Origin: Lingula anatina
Lineage: Eukaryota; Animalia; Brachiopoda
Length of the DNA stretch: 64,000 nucleotides
Assembly: GCA_051362555.1 (NCBI GenBank)
Contig: CM120642.1
Coordinates: 30,318,001 to 30,382,000, forward strand
Reading direction: 5' to 3'
Shown here: piece by piece, positions 1-12,800 of the stretch
Numbering within the stretch: the first letter of the stretch is position 1
Layout of the letters: each line of letters opens with the position of its first letter
Program-made: the position numbers and the translations under genes
The notes under the pieces: generated by a model
Told to the model about the DNA's origin: nothing
The model's database searches: none
The model's input: the letters and a program-made list of their open reading frames with translations, nothing else

Positions 1-509
1 AAAAAGTATTTGATGGTGTCACGGGGTTTTTGAAAAGTAATATTAATAGTCTAGTATAATGTGTGTGGCCAATTTGAATCATCATCACGTGTTGCGAACT
101 AAAGCACGTGTTGCCCATGTTTCGTTTTTAAATTGACATCTTAATTCGATTGAAATACTGTTGCCAGAATCAAGAGTAGTTTGTGTTCGTGTTGTACTAG
201 GCCTACTATTGGTCACTACACGATATCCTAGCAACAAAATGAAAAATATGATGTCGTGTCTTTTGCGTGAAAAGTGCATAAGAAACATACAACTAAACCC
301 ACCTTTGCTGCTGGTCTCTCTTAGCTATGGTTTTTACCTTCAATGAAAGGAGGTACGAGAATTTTTTTAGTCCTTAGTAGCTGTGAAGAATGACATGAAG
401 ATTTTTCATATAGCTGAGACGGATTTTTTTCACTATAAAAAGGATGAATTTTAGGGGGCTTAGCTAAGCCTGGTAAACTTGGATAGGCAGTGGTGGATTT
501 AGAGGGGAG

Positions 510-541
<32 letters not shown>
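510..541. repeat. poly-C homopolymer
   Basis: About 32 consecutive C; explains the poly-Gly in ORF 321..653. Confidence 0.9.
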
Positions 542-969
542 TTCGATTTCTGGTCCCGACGGCACCGATTTTTCTAATGTTAAAAATACATGATTGAGTG
601 ATATTTGATATTTGTCTATCCATGGAGAGAGTGGGCTTGGTCCGAAAAAACATTCAAGAGGTTAGAGCTACAACTGAATTTCGACTTCCTGGACTTATAT
701 GAAGCGACCAATGGAATGCCCAGTGGCAAAGGCAAAGATTTTACGACATATTATCTTGATCTTGAATGATGCAACATGTCGTGTTCTTCTGATGAAGTAT
801 AAACATTGAATGTTAATTGCAAATTTGTATCCCAATAAATGATTGGCATTTTATTCTCAGTGTTTAAAAAATAAGTTATCATTTTACTGATACAGTGATA
901 AAATTGTATGCCTTTGGAAAGTTAAGAAACATATTCTTTCCTGTCCAAATTGAACATAGCCCTGTCCTC

Positions 970-1098
970 TATATAAAGCCGTTAACAAACCCACTACATA
1001 CGTACATCCATCGACGCGTTTACAAATCAGCTTGCCTTGTTTAAGGTTAAAAGAATAGCGAAAGAAGACGAATTGTAAACATATAAAAACTAGATTCT
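970..1098 (+). promoter_or_regulatory. Putative TATA box and non-coding first exon of the MFS transporter gene
   Basis: TATATAAAG at 970-978, a consensus donor (ct|GTAAGT at 1099) about 120 nt later, and an acceptor ttttccag ending at 1846, just before the ATG at 1875. Inference only. Confidence 0.45.
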
Positions 1099-1874
1099 GT
1101 AAGTTCTCATTAGAAGAATACTGGTGGAGTCAACCGATATTGTATTGACTTTCTGGTCTAATTTGCTTTATCAGTCTCTGTGTATTTACATTTTTAGTGT
1201 TATCGTGTCGTCTTATGTCAACCTTATACTATAAGCAAATCTTTTGAACTTCAAAATCACTCAGATGTTGGAGTTGAAAAAGCCGATGTCAGATAAATCA
1301 CTATTTGACCCAAGGGCGAAGTTTTAAGGTCAAAGAACGAGATAAGCATCCCGTTGGACAGTTACAAGTTCGTTTCTCTAGTAGTCGAGGTGAGAGAGGA
1401 AATTATATGTTTCTGTATTAAGCATGAGGAAGCTCTTTCATAGTTTTAGCTTTGTTTTCTAAGAAAAAAAAAAAACTAGCAGAGAGATGTTTTGAGAAGT
1501 GCATCCTGCAGCACATACTTAAAATCTTCAGGATGCCGCATTGTGCTTTTTACAATGAAGGTCATTGGAAACAAGTCTTCCTTAACTCATAACAAGGACT
1601 GCATGTTATTCAATACGAGGGTGATTTTTTAAAATATATTCCCCTTCCTGTATTTCACTTTGTTGCAGAGCAGGTGGATGAACAATATTGTATATATTCA
1701 TGACAAACCAGGCTTTATTTAATGGTGCTTTTTATTTTTCTTACTCTACAATTAATATAAAAATTGATAACGAACTGACGTGTTTTTATTTGATTCTAAT
1801 TATATACTCCTGTTTTTGTAGTCCTAAAAAGTAGTTTATTTTCCAGTGCATTGTAAAAACAGACACGGGATAAA

Positions 1875-4874
1875 ATGGATCTTCCTAACAACGAAACAAG
1901 TGATGCTCAGCACAACAAGGAAATTAATAAAAACAACAGCGTTGACATCAAAGACAAAGTTCCACTCGAAGACGTCAACTGCAAAATGGTCAAAGAGAAG
2001 GAAGACAAGAATCCCGATTTGACGACAAAGGAAAAAGAAAAAGATACAGCGAAAATAGAAGCAGGCGATCCTCTTCTAGGCGCTTCAGACAGCACTATGA
2101 ATGGCAAGGCGGGGGAATACGAGGTCGCTAAAAGACCGGCTCCAATGAAGTACCTAATGGCCATGCAATCCCTCTTGGTCTTTGCATATTTTTGTGTGGT
2201 AAGTGCGATGCCTATCTTTAAGCATTAGTATGTGGGATCATAATAGGATATTGGGACTATTCAACTAAAACTAAGAAGTGGACCTACCACCGATTTGTTC
2301 CAGGCTAAAATGAATAAGATTCTCCACCTTAAATTATAGTAATACTCATAATAATAAAAATCATAATTCATTTATTTTCATGTTTATAAAGTAAGAGTAA
2401 AAATGAAAATAGATATGATCTGTCGATAAAAATTAAATAAAAATTAAAGAAAACCAATTGTGCTCATTAATAAAACATGTTGCACATGGGTAAAAGGTAT
2501 TTTTGGTTCGTGTGAAAGTTGTTTTTTTAAGGGACCGTATAGTAGTACTACAGTAGTAATGATGACATAGGTATAAACAAACTACGCTGAAGACCAGTTT
2601 TTAACTTGGGGATCTTTTGTGAAATGTGCATAGCTCTAATGGAAGTGTATCTAAGGTTTGTTCATTACTCTCAAATAGCTCTTATGGGGAGTATGTCGTA
2701 ATATTATCTGTAATTTAAGTGTTATTACGTGGTTGTGCTCACTAAATGACATACAGTGATGATATAAAAGCAAGGCTGGAGACTGGTGAATCATTCTCGT
2801 GGCGGTTAAAATTGTAATTAAGAACTCGAAAACAGGTTTATACGTGCAGATCGTGTTTGTATAGGTCATAACTTGGTGGTTAAGGGAATATTAATGTGAT
2901 TAATGGTAATGCGTCAATTTGTAATTCATTTTCACATAACTATAGTGTACTGACATGTAAGTGACTATTTTTAATGTGACGCCATAAATGAACTAAAACA
3001 AACATCGTTCATTTTTCTAGGTCAAAGTTTTGGTTGTTTGAAATTTTTTGAGAAAGACACATTTATTTTGCCAGGGAATAAGTACATCCTTCACAGGGGC
3101 ATCACTCCCAGACTTGCGCATGCGCACGAACAGCAACTGGGAAGAGATTTCTCGCGCTCTGGTTGGACGAGGAGCTGGGTTGTTCATTGGTGCCGCTGGC
3201 GGCGGTTACGTATGCGACCGATTTGAAAGGCACGTGTACGCCCTCCTAGCCCTAGCCATGACTTTGGAGGCAATTGGAACAACGGCCATTCCCCTTTGTC
3301 CATGGATATGGGCCATGTTGGTGATGTTTGTAGTCCAGGGACTATGTGAAGGCTTGCTTGGAGCAGGTTAGCTCCAAGAATATAAGTAAAATTTCAAATT
3401 GCGTTCTACGGAACTGATGTTGTGTGACAGTATGCCTCCGTAGAAACACGGCTTTGTTGATGAGACATGGACATGTAATACAAGTATGCATCAGAAGTAT
3501 TTGTGGAGATAAATATATTTTTTCTTTTCCAGTTTTGTTGTAAAAAAAAACATGTTTAGTTGTAATCTATGAAGCAAACTGTTTGACCAAAGGTACCGGT
3601 ATATATGATGTCATTAATTTTAGCTAAAAAATTGAAAACATATTTGAAGTGAAAAGACAAACCTTGATAATGGAGTTACTGTCTTTTCAGGCTCTGCTAA
3701 ACTCATTTTCCAACTCTGGGGAAAGAATGCATCGCCTTCTATCTATGCAGCGCACCTTGCTTTCGGTGGGGGCGCAATATGTGGTCCCCAGCTACTGAGA
3801 CCTTTCCTCGGGACACATGTTCACGCATCTAAACGAAAGAACAAAACCAGTGAGTTCGAAGTTGGAAGTTATTCAGGCAACATCTCGGTACCGATGGTGT
3901 CCTCGTATCTGGGGAACCGTACAGATATTTCCTCTGGGTACGCCATAGCAGGGTTCCATAATATGACAGATGGCGAGATGGACTTGAGCACAAAAATGAT
4001 GCCAGGTGACGATTCTACAATAGAATATGCGTATGCTGTGGGTGGGGCATTATCCGTTGTATGCACAATTTTACTCATTTTTGCTCAATGCGCAACATCA
4101 AAGAGACCATTGGATATTCACAAAGAACAAAAATCTACACGCGGGAAAGATTTGCGCTCGATTCTAAATCCTGGTACATGTGCACAAGGGAATACAAAAT
4201 TTGGCTTTCTCATGTTTATCATCATGTTTTTCTTCTTTATTCATTTGGTGGGAGGAGAGTGGGTGCTGGATAAATTTATATTCGCGTTTGTCTCTGAAGG
4301 TCGCGTCCACATGGAGGTTGATGAAGCAACGCTGCTGATGTCTGTTTATTGGGGATTTTTCACCGGGGGTCGGGCTTTGGGGATCGTCCTTTCCAATTGG
4401 GTCAAACCACTCTACACGCTGTCAGTTCAAATGATTATCCATCTAACCGCGGGAATCGTCCTTAGCACTGAGGCTTGTTCGAACAAAACGGTGGTCTGGG
4501 TTATGATTTGTCTCCTTGGATTAATTACTGGACCATATTTCCCAGGTGGGATGAATTGGGCCAACGTGTATTTGGAAATGACCGGCGTGGCCGTATCAAT
4601 TGTACTAATGGGAAGTTCCTGCGGGGGGTTTATATATCAGTGGGTGACTGGAATGGTTTTCCAACAATATGGATTGGACAGTTTCACTTTCGTTATTGTC
4701 ATTGACGCCGCATGCGTAATAGTAACATTTCTGTGTTTGAATCTCGTCGCTAGGCGACAGGGGTCAAGGTTCAAGAAACGTCCCGTGGTCGAGGAGATTA
4801 GCGAAAAGACCTCGTTAGGCCAACCTGAAATTGAAGATGAACTGGACTGCTACATGCGTGTTACACAAGTTTGA
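1875..4874 (+). CDS. MFS transporter, MFSD4 / sodium-dependent glucose transporter 1-like (~599 aa)
   Basis: Coding exons 1875-2198, 3075-3366, 3691-4874 (GT-AG, phases 0 and 1, total 1800 nt). Motifs TGASLPDL, GGYVCDRF, LWGKNASPSIYAAHLAFGGGAICGPQLLRPFL, SVYWGFFTGGRALGI and GPYFPGGMNW plus many hydrophobic segments match the MFSD4 family. Confidence 0.88.
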
Positions 4875-5592
4875 AGTTAAATTATGTTTTCTGTGAACTT
4901 GTTTGGTGTTACTAGAATTAGGCCCGTTTAATATTTATGTTGGCTTGTACTATTGTATTATTGAGATATATTTAAGTTGTTTTTATTCACTTTTTGGAAC
5001 TACTGTTTCAATATTTTAAGAAGTCACATATGATCATTCCAATATGAATGCATTTTTTCTGTATCAGAAACAAATAAGAATGAAATGAGAATGATTTGTT
5101 GTGTAAAGAATACACTGGTGTTTGGGGAATGGCGTTTGGGGTCAAAACACGTCCTTACATGTGACCCCTTCTATATAGTCGACTATATAGCCTCCCGTCA
5201 TTATCAAATGCTACGAACAAATTCATTCTGCTGATGTAATGTAATTTGACTTTCTGTGCGTGCCAAAAGCCTAGAACTACATAAAGCCTCCGCATATTTT
5301 TAATTAAACAGGTGCACCTTGCATGATTTCAAAGTCATTACTATCTAGGCCTACTTTTCAACAGAGTGCCCGATCGCGACTGTCTCCCTTGTTGGTTACT
5401 GAATCTAGAATCATTATAAAACGACGTTCATTATGGCACACTAGATAACAATGCAAAACGGTCCAAAACCGTTGAAGTTTAACGAATTGAATACAATCGT
5501 ATTATACATGTACATGTATGTCAGGCTTTACTGAAGCATGAAAAAGTAGCATGAGGAAGAAAAACGTAGACTCTGCGCAATAAATATTCAAA

Positions 5593-5833
5593 ACTAGAAA
5601 AGGGCACAGTTTGAGAGTGCAGATCTCAGCCAGGTTTATTTTAATTAATTAAAATGAATTCCTTTTTTTTCATTTTATTGATCACCAGCAAAATCTAATC
5701 GATTTAAATTTAGCTCGTCCATTTTTACCTGTTCTGAATTAAATCCAGTTCTCCGTCAACTTTTTAAGTTAGGATGCTGACTAACAAACAGATCAACAAG
5801 GGCAAAAAAAATACCTGCCTTGGCCGAGGTAAT
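5593..5833. mobile_element. Degenerate non-autonomous Helentron/HINE-like element
   Basis: Starts ACTAG in an A-rich context and ends in the hairpin ATACCTGCCTTGGCCGAGGTAAT (5811-5833), resembling the TTACCTCCGCCAAGGAGGT terminal palindrome I recall from animal Helentron-derived elements. No database search. Confidence 0.45.
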
Positions 5834-6785
5834 GAATCGGGAACAGTTATACATGTAGGCCCAGTGACTGACCCTCATATCCATCCAGACTTCTGTATGA
5901 AAGTTTGAGATCAAAGTTCGAAAAAATCAATATAGACCAACAGAGGTCACTCTGGACTCACCTCATGTAGGGTGACCACTCTGAGACGAGAGTTAACTCT
6001 GACAATTTTTTTAAATTTTGTTATATAACCTCAAATGATAATAATTATAAAAATAAAAATAATTCTAGTAATAATAAACATTTATGTCACCAGGGCCATA
6101 TGTTTTGATTCTTTTGTATTCAGGAAATTAGTATCTATTAACTGTTTCGCTGTGAAAGTGCCTGGACATATATGAGATAAATATTTAATGAATCTGACCT
6201 AAGATCTAATAAACGTATATTAGATCTTAGATCTGACCTAACAGCATTGGATCAATGGTAGCACCGCAGATTGTCTTGTGCTCTCCAGAGTTTGGAGGAT
6301 CATTTAGCACGTAGTCTTATTTCACCTTGCAGGTGACTACAAATTTCTGGTGCTGCGGCTTATGGTAAAATTTCATTGAAAGTGTTTCTGATGTGCATGA
6401 AATTTATGCGAAAGGCAGAGAACCATATTTTCTGCTAAATATTAAATTGGCCGTTGGATGAGTGGTCATATCCTCCGTTGCAAATTTGTTTATATGTAAC
6501 AGTTACAATCAGTTCTACTAACACTGTTAATTTCGTTTTTTATGTATTCATGATCGTGCTGGCCGAAAATTTGTTATGCAATAATACGTAAGAATTACGC
6601 CCGAGCTCTAACACTAGTTCACGGCCAACTAGGATGTGACCGGTGAACTGTCTAGTACAACTGTACATGAAAGTAGCCATAGTCATGTTGATTGCAGTGG
6701 CTACCACACAGCAAGGACAGTGACTTGAATTGTATACGAAAAAGTGAATAAAAAAACAGCCTAGTCTACGGAAAGCAGCACTGCC

Positions 6786-9033
6786 ATGGCCAGTTGGACC
6801 CCAGTCCACGAGTATGACCCGGTGCTCCACCAGGCAGCTTTTATAGGAGACCTCGACAAACTGAAGTCACTGCTGGTGGAGGAAGAACAGAGGGGTCTGA
6901 TTAATGTGAAAAACCGCCTGGGCTGCACTCCAATTAGACTGTCAGCCACAGGTTTGTGTATTAAATGTTTACAGCAGTTGGGGGAATGGGAGCTCGGAGG
7001 TGTGTGTGTGTGTATGTGGGGGGGGGTAACTGTTCGAGATTACAACAAACCCTGAGTAACTCGAGGGAAGGGGTGGGGTCTTGTGTAATGTACATTTAGC
7101 ATATCCCAGTAGAAATAAATATTGTATGCTGAATGGTGTGATAAAAATGAGTACTAAAAAGTATACCTGCAAGTATTGTACTAGTATGTGTACCTGTAAA
7201 CGTGCTTTGTTTTGTCTAATTAATATATGCCTGCATGCACATGTAGATGTGGTATATTCAAATTGCATCTTAAAATATCACAAATGATGTGTCTACATCT
7301 CCATTTTGTCTAGCTGGCCATAAGAACTGCGTAGACTACCTCATAAACCAGGGTGCAGATATTGAGGTAACAGACATCAAGGGACAGACTCCTCTCCATG
7401 TGGCTGTGAAGAATCACCACACAGGGTGTATCCAAAGTCTGTTACAGGCTGGAGCCAGCCCTGAAGGAGATGGAAAGAACATTTCTACTCCACTGTACAT
7501 GGCTGCTATGGATGGATATACAGATGCTATTAAGGTATGAGACTACAGACAAATCAGGCCCGTAGCCAGCCTGTAGCTGGCAATTCCTTTTCCAAAAAAG
7601 TGGACCTTTCATTTTGAAACCTTTGTACTCCTATATTAAATTTTACCCAGAGCAGACCTTTTCTCAGCAAAAACGATGCTTTGTTTGATCCCCCCCCCTG
7701 CAAAAATACAAATGCCAAGTTATTAAAAATTGGTGATCATTTTAAATTTGGAATTCTCTCTAAGGGAATAACACAACTTTAAGCATTAACAAGCATATCA
7801 CATAGTAGAGAAAATCTGTTCCCATTAGAAAATAACATGCATTTTTCTTTTTTAATATTTCTGCATCAGTTGCTGATCTCCCATGGTGCAAATGTGAACA
7901 GTCGTATAGTAATGCGGCCCCTGGCCAGCACGGCTCTGTACATCAGCCTGGTCTACAACCATTTTGACTGCTTTAAGATGCTCCTGCAGGCTGGGGCAGA
8001 CCCAGACTTGTGTTGTAAAGGGAAGCAACAGGAGGAATACTCCAATCAGTCCTTGTACCATACAGCTGTAAGACAGAACTGTGACGAGAAATATTTGTTG
8101 ATGTTGTATGAGTTTGGTGCCAGTTTGTATACCAAAGATCACAAGGGGCAGCTTGCTGTGGATTTGGAGGTCCATCCAAACTGCTCTGCTAGCAGGGACC
8201 TGGTGCGGGCATTAATGAGTAAGTTAACATCTTGAATATCATATCAGCGCACAAATTTTGAATTTTCTTTTGACTCTATTCCCCACCTCCCCACAAAAAA
8301 AAATGATGATGATAATAATAATAATAGATAATAGTAATAATCTAGGAGAAAGGAAAAAGTGTGTGTGTGTGTGCATGTGTGCGCGCCTGTGTGTGTGTGT
8401 GAAGAGAAAAATTTTAAGTAACAAAAAGTAAAATCAAATTTCATTCTATTGGAACAATTTATGATAAGAAGTCACCACTTTTGCCTTAAGGCCTCTTACA
8501 CTTTTGTCATTTTAAAAAATTGTTGCGCTCAGATGACACACAAAAAAAACACAATTTCTTTTCTTTGATGTTTGGTGTCAGTTAGAAATCTTTGAATTTA
8601 TAAAATTGTTAGAATATGTCACAGGTGCATGTACTTAGCACCTACCTTGAGTTCCATGTTCATTGTGTGACATTCATTTTTAAATTTCCACATATAGGCA
8701 TACATGGAATCATAGGTAAGAAGAAACTCGGGATAAAAGGATTACGGAACCAGAGAAAATGTGTTGATGCTCGTTTTTTTGTGTCAAATCCCACATTGCA
8801 TAAGTACATGTACCCCTTTAATCTAATTGTTGAATTGATGTTCTTTCTACATTGCATATCACAATGATCCTTTTTCTTATTTTCTAGAAACTCCCAGAAG
8901 TCTTAAATCTCACTGCAGACTTGTTATCAGACGTGTGATTGGTGGAAAGGGGCACAGCCTATGGAACCAATTACAGCAACTCTCTCTTCCCAATAAGATC
9001 CTCATGTATCTGAATTATGATGACATTTCTTGA
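6786..9033 (+). CDS. Ankyrin repeat and SOCS box protein (ASB family, ~293 aa)
   Basis: Exons 6786-6951, 7314-7534, 7870-8218, 8888-9033 (882 nt, phases consistent). Ankyrin repeats (GCTPIRLSATAGHKNCVDYLINQGAD, GQTPLHVAVKNHHTGCIQSLLQAGA). The last exon, absent from the ORF track, encodes a SOCS box TPRSLKSHCRLVIRRVIG...LQQLSLPNKILMYL. Confidence 0.92.
7555..7700. mobile_element. Possible MITE remnant in ASB intron 2
   Basis: Begins CAGGCCCGTAGCCAG, a TIR-like start seen in invertebrate non-autonomous DNA elements; the partner end is not recognisable. Confidence 0.25.
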
Positions 9034-9832
9034 CAAAAGAAAGGTGTGCAAACCATTGTAATAAAATTTGGCAGCAGACAAAGCACTTTGTCTGGAAATT
9101 CTTCAGGTTCACGAAAAAAAGGTCTCGAGCAGGGATGGAACAAACGGGCAGGAAAACCGTCGAATCCCACCAGCTTAATCATTTTTCATCAAATCATTGG
9201 CTGGAGGCTTTGACACTTTACCGGTGGTACGACTAAAGTTCTCCTCTCCATATTACTCTTTTATATATATGCTCATTGGGATGTTTTGAACAGATTTTAT
9301 TTATATTGCTTTCTATCTTTTGATGAAAACAAGCAAATTGGTTTGTATTTTAATTTGTCGTTAATCGTTATAAATATATCATTGTTATTGTTGTAATTGT
9401 TTTCACTTTATAAAAAATGGCTTTGTTTTAAATTAAACCAGTCGATTAATTCCACTGAATGTTGTAACGCATATTCTATTTTTCTTGCCTGTGTGTACCA
9501 GAAAAGAATTCTGATAGATAATCATAATGCTCGTGCCATCTAGATGACCCATATAACCACTTGTTCATGTGGTCTTATTATGTGCATTGCCCTCCAACCA
9601 CTTGTTCTAATTTGTGTTTTCTTGTGCTACACATCCGCACTGAATTAGCCAAACATCTGTAAATTGATAGTTTGATAATAACATATTGATATATACTTAA
9701 GAAATTTTCTTTGTAAGGACCTTTAAGTTTATAAGAAGACTGATATGTCTCTGCTGGAAAACAAGTTCACGACGTTTTACTGAAATGCAATTTGGCATCA
9801 CTACTTATATTAATAATAACTCCCAATTTTCC

Positions 9833-12800
9833 CTAAGCTGATTTGTCTCTGTTTAATATAGCCTTCTCCAGTCCCATCATCGGAGCCTCAAACATCATAG
9901 ATACCACAAATGCACAGCCATACGCTGCTACCAAGTGGCCGAAGAAGAAGTACGTCTGTAAAGAGGAAACAAAATTAATATTGTAGTATATAATATCTGA
10001 AGTAATGCTTAAACGCACGGCTGTACTTTAAAAAAAATAGCACATTGGTGCACCGATGTGTAGAATTTTGCTGGTTACTTTAAATACTTCCAAGTACATT
10101 TAAGAATGTAGGAAAGAAATGAAACTTAAAAAACGGTAACTCCTCAGAATACCCGCCATGTTTTTAACGTCAAGGAAATTTTAACACGGGGGGGGGGGGG
10201 GGGGGGGGGGGGGTCTGCCTCAGTCACTTGCTAGAACTTACCATGGATACGTCTGTGGCGTAGATTAGAGTTCTCCTAGACATATACACGAAGTACATGA
10301 TTACTGGATGTACGAGATACGCACAGTACGTCAGACGACCCAGGGGGACAAAAGCACCCCATGACATCAACGTGTTGACAAAACCTGAAAAAAAATTGAA
10401 AAAGAAATGTACAAAACCTTTAATCTTTATTGTTAAATTCGCAGCATGGACTTGATTTGTGAACAGGCCATGCTATGAGAGGTTGTAGAAAAGTATTGTC
10501 TCACACTTAGCATTCGCCCAGCTAGTTCATATTTTGATAATAACCATTAGCAGAGCAATATTTTGTAAAAAAAATAATAATAATAAGTTGGAAGAGAAGA
10601 TGAAAATTGTAGCATTCCTCACAAATTAATTTTAAATTATCTAATTTGCTTCATCATGGTGGCATATCTTTTAACGTATCTACGGTATTAAGTAAAACAC
10701 ACCACGTACAAATTTTACATTCACATAACATCGATATACACATCAAAAGGGAGAAAGCGAGTGAACTTCCGAGCCCCTCATTAGATCTCATTTATGTCAC
10801 CATATTCAGAGAAACAGTTGTTTACCTCCATATCCAGTACAGCAGGCATATATCACCCAGGCTACACAGGCACCCCACACCGTTCTCGAGACAGTGATAT
10901 AAAAAGCACTAACGTCGTTACTCAGTGGATGGCCCTGATACACGTCATGTAGACCGTACACCACTGCCAGACCTGCTGCTGTAGCCACTGCCCATCCCAA
11001 TAATGCTGTCACCTGGAATATCATAAAAGTTGCCTTGGAAGGTTGCAGATAAATGTAAAAATTTACAACACAATTAAGTGTGACAAATCGTTTAAGGAAA
11101 ACAGGGGCGGATCCAGGATTATTTGAGGGGGGGGTGGAGTCCAAAATCTCACAAATGGTCCATCGAAAATTTGCGCCATACGTCACCCACACTTCAAATT
11201 ACGTCACACAGCGCGGAGCTTACGTCATACATTTGATTCTATGTGTACTAATTACTATGGCATAATGCCGTTTGTTTGTTTTGTATGTTATCTGACAAGA
11301 GTGTTTTGCATTTTAAATTCATAATGCTAGATATTTTTACGAGGCTGAAAGTCTCCTTTCATATCCGCTACTTACCCAGTTTAGTTTAGGTTTACACTCC
11401 GTGGTGTATAATATATATCCCGCGACCATCCCGACAAGATAAGGTCCTATCCTCGTCCAGGGCTTCATGTATAGTATCTCCATGTATTCCTGCCTAAAAA
11501 ACACAAATTTTTTATGAATTTTCTTCTTTTATCAAAAGATATCTGGGAGAGATATTACCCCCGCATGTTGACTATTACGCGACTAAATAATAACGTTACC
11601 GAAACTCGGGTTGACAAAACTCACACATAAATACATTTTTTGTTTCACCTTTTTTTACAATAATTGAGTTTTAGAAAACGTTGGAATTTGAAGTACAACT
11701 ACACAGAGTATTTCCTCCAATGATTAAATAACTCCAGATTACATGTACTGTTATTACAAACAGCGCCCAGACGTAAGTGGAGCGCGAGTTATCAAAACTT
11801 CTTAATCTTCTTCTTCTTATTTGACTTACGATTGTTGACTATACTGGCTAGACGGCTCAAGGTGGTTCACATTGGCTAGCACACCTGTCGCAATAAAACT
11901 CCCTAGAAGAAGTATCAGTAGGATGACTAGACCTATCAGCTCTTTCCTGAAATAAACAGCTGTTACTGTATGCGTTCTATGAACCATTGTCCGTGACGAA
12001 TTCAGATTCAGACAAAATCCCAAAATGGTAAACAGCGCCCACACTAAGATACAACAAGTAAAGCATGTGAAACGTACGAGTATACAAAACGGAGCAATTT
12101 GAACACAGTTTTAGAAATTATAGGCAAGAGTCTCACTACAGAATGTAACTCACACTACAATTATTAATTTAGAAAATAACCGTGTCATCATCCCTAGAAT
12201 TAAAAAATGTAACAACAAAAGTGATAAAAAGTTTTATGGGCTTTGGCTTGAAATGTAACGGGAAGAAAATGACAGTGGAATGATCGGTTTAATACTTCTG
12301 ATCAGCAAGAGGAGCCTTATTATGACACTTAGGAAGCAATCGGAAGAGACAGGACATATTATTCTAGATAGTATATTCACTACATTTTGCTCTAAGTCTA
12401 AGGGTGGGCGCAGAGGTGCCTGTTATAAAAATGAAGTTGTCCTTACTTACCAAAACAGAGGAAACAGAATTAGAGGACTGATAACAAAGAACTGCATATC
12501 ATTAGCTAGATACCAGGACCAACCCATGCACTGGAAGTAAAAATCAAAGATGTTTGTGAGGAACGTCATACTCAGCGATATGTCGTCACGCATAAGAACA
12601 CTGGTTTAAGTGTTTCTCTGAAATATGGCGCGGTTTTATAACTCGTCAGGTGTGCATAAGATTATTCATATATAGTCTATGGGCCAAAGTGAAAAAGTGC
12701 CTTATTTAATATGCCAGCCGTTTAAGCATGAGAGTGTTGCTGTGTCAAATTTACAAAATTTGGACATATATCTTGCTTCAGGCGGCATCTACTTACCATT

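Noticed and set aside
85-653. Short ORFs including a poly-Gly ORF
   Set aside because: Products of AT-rich intergenic DNA and a poly-C run; no recognisable domain or splice structure.
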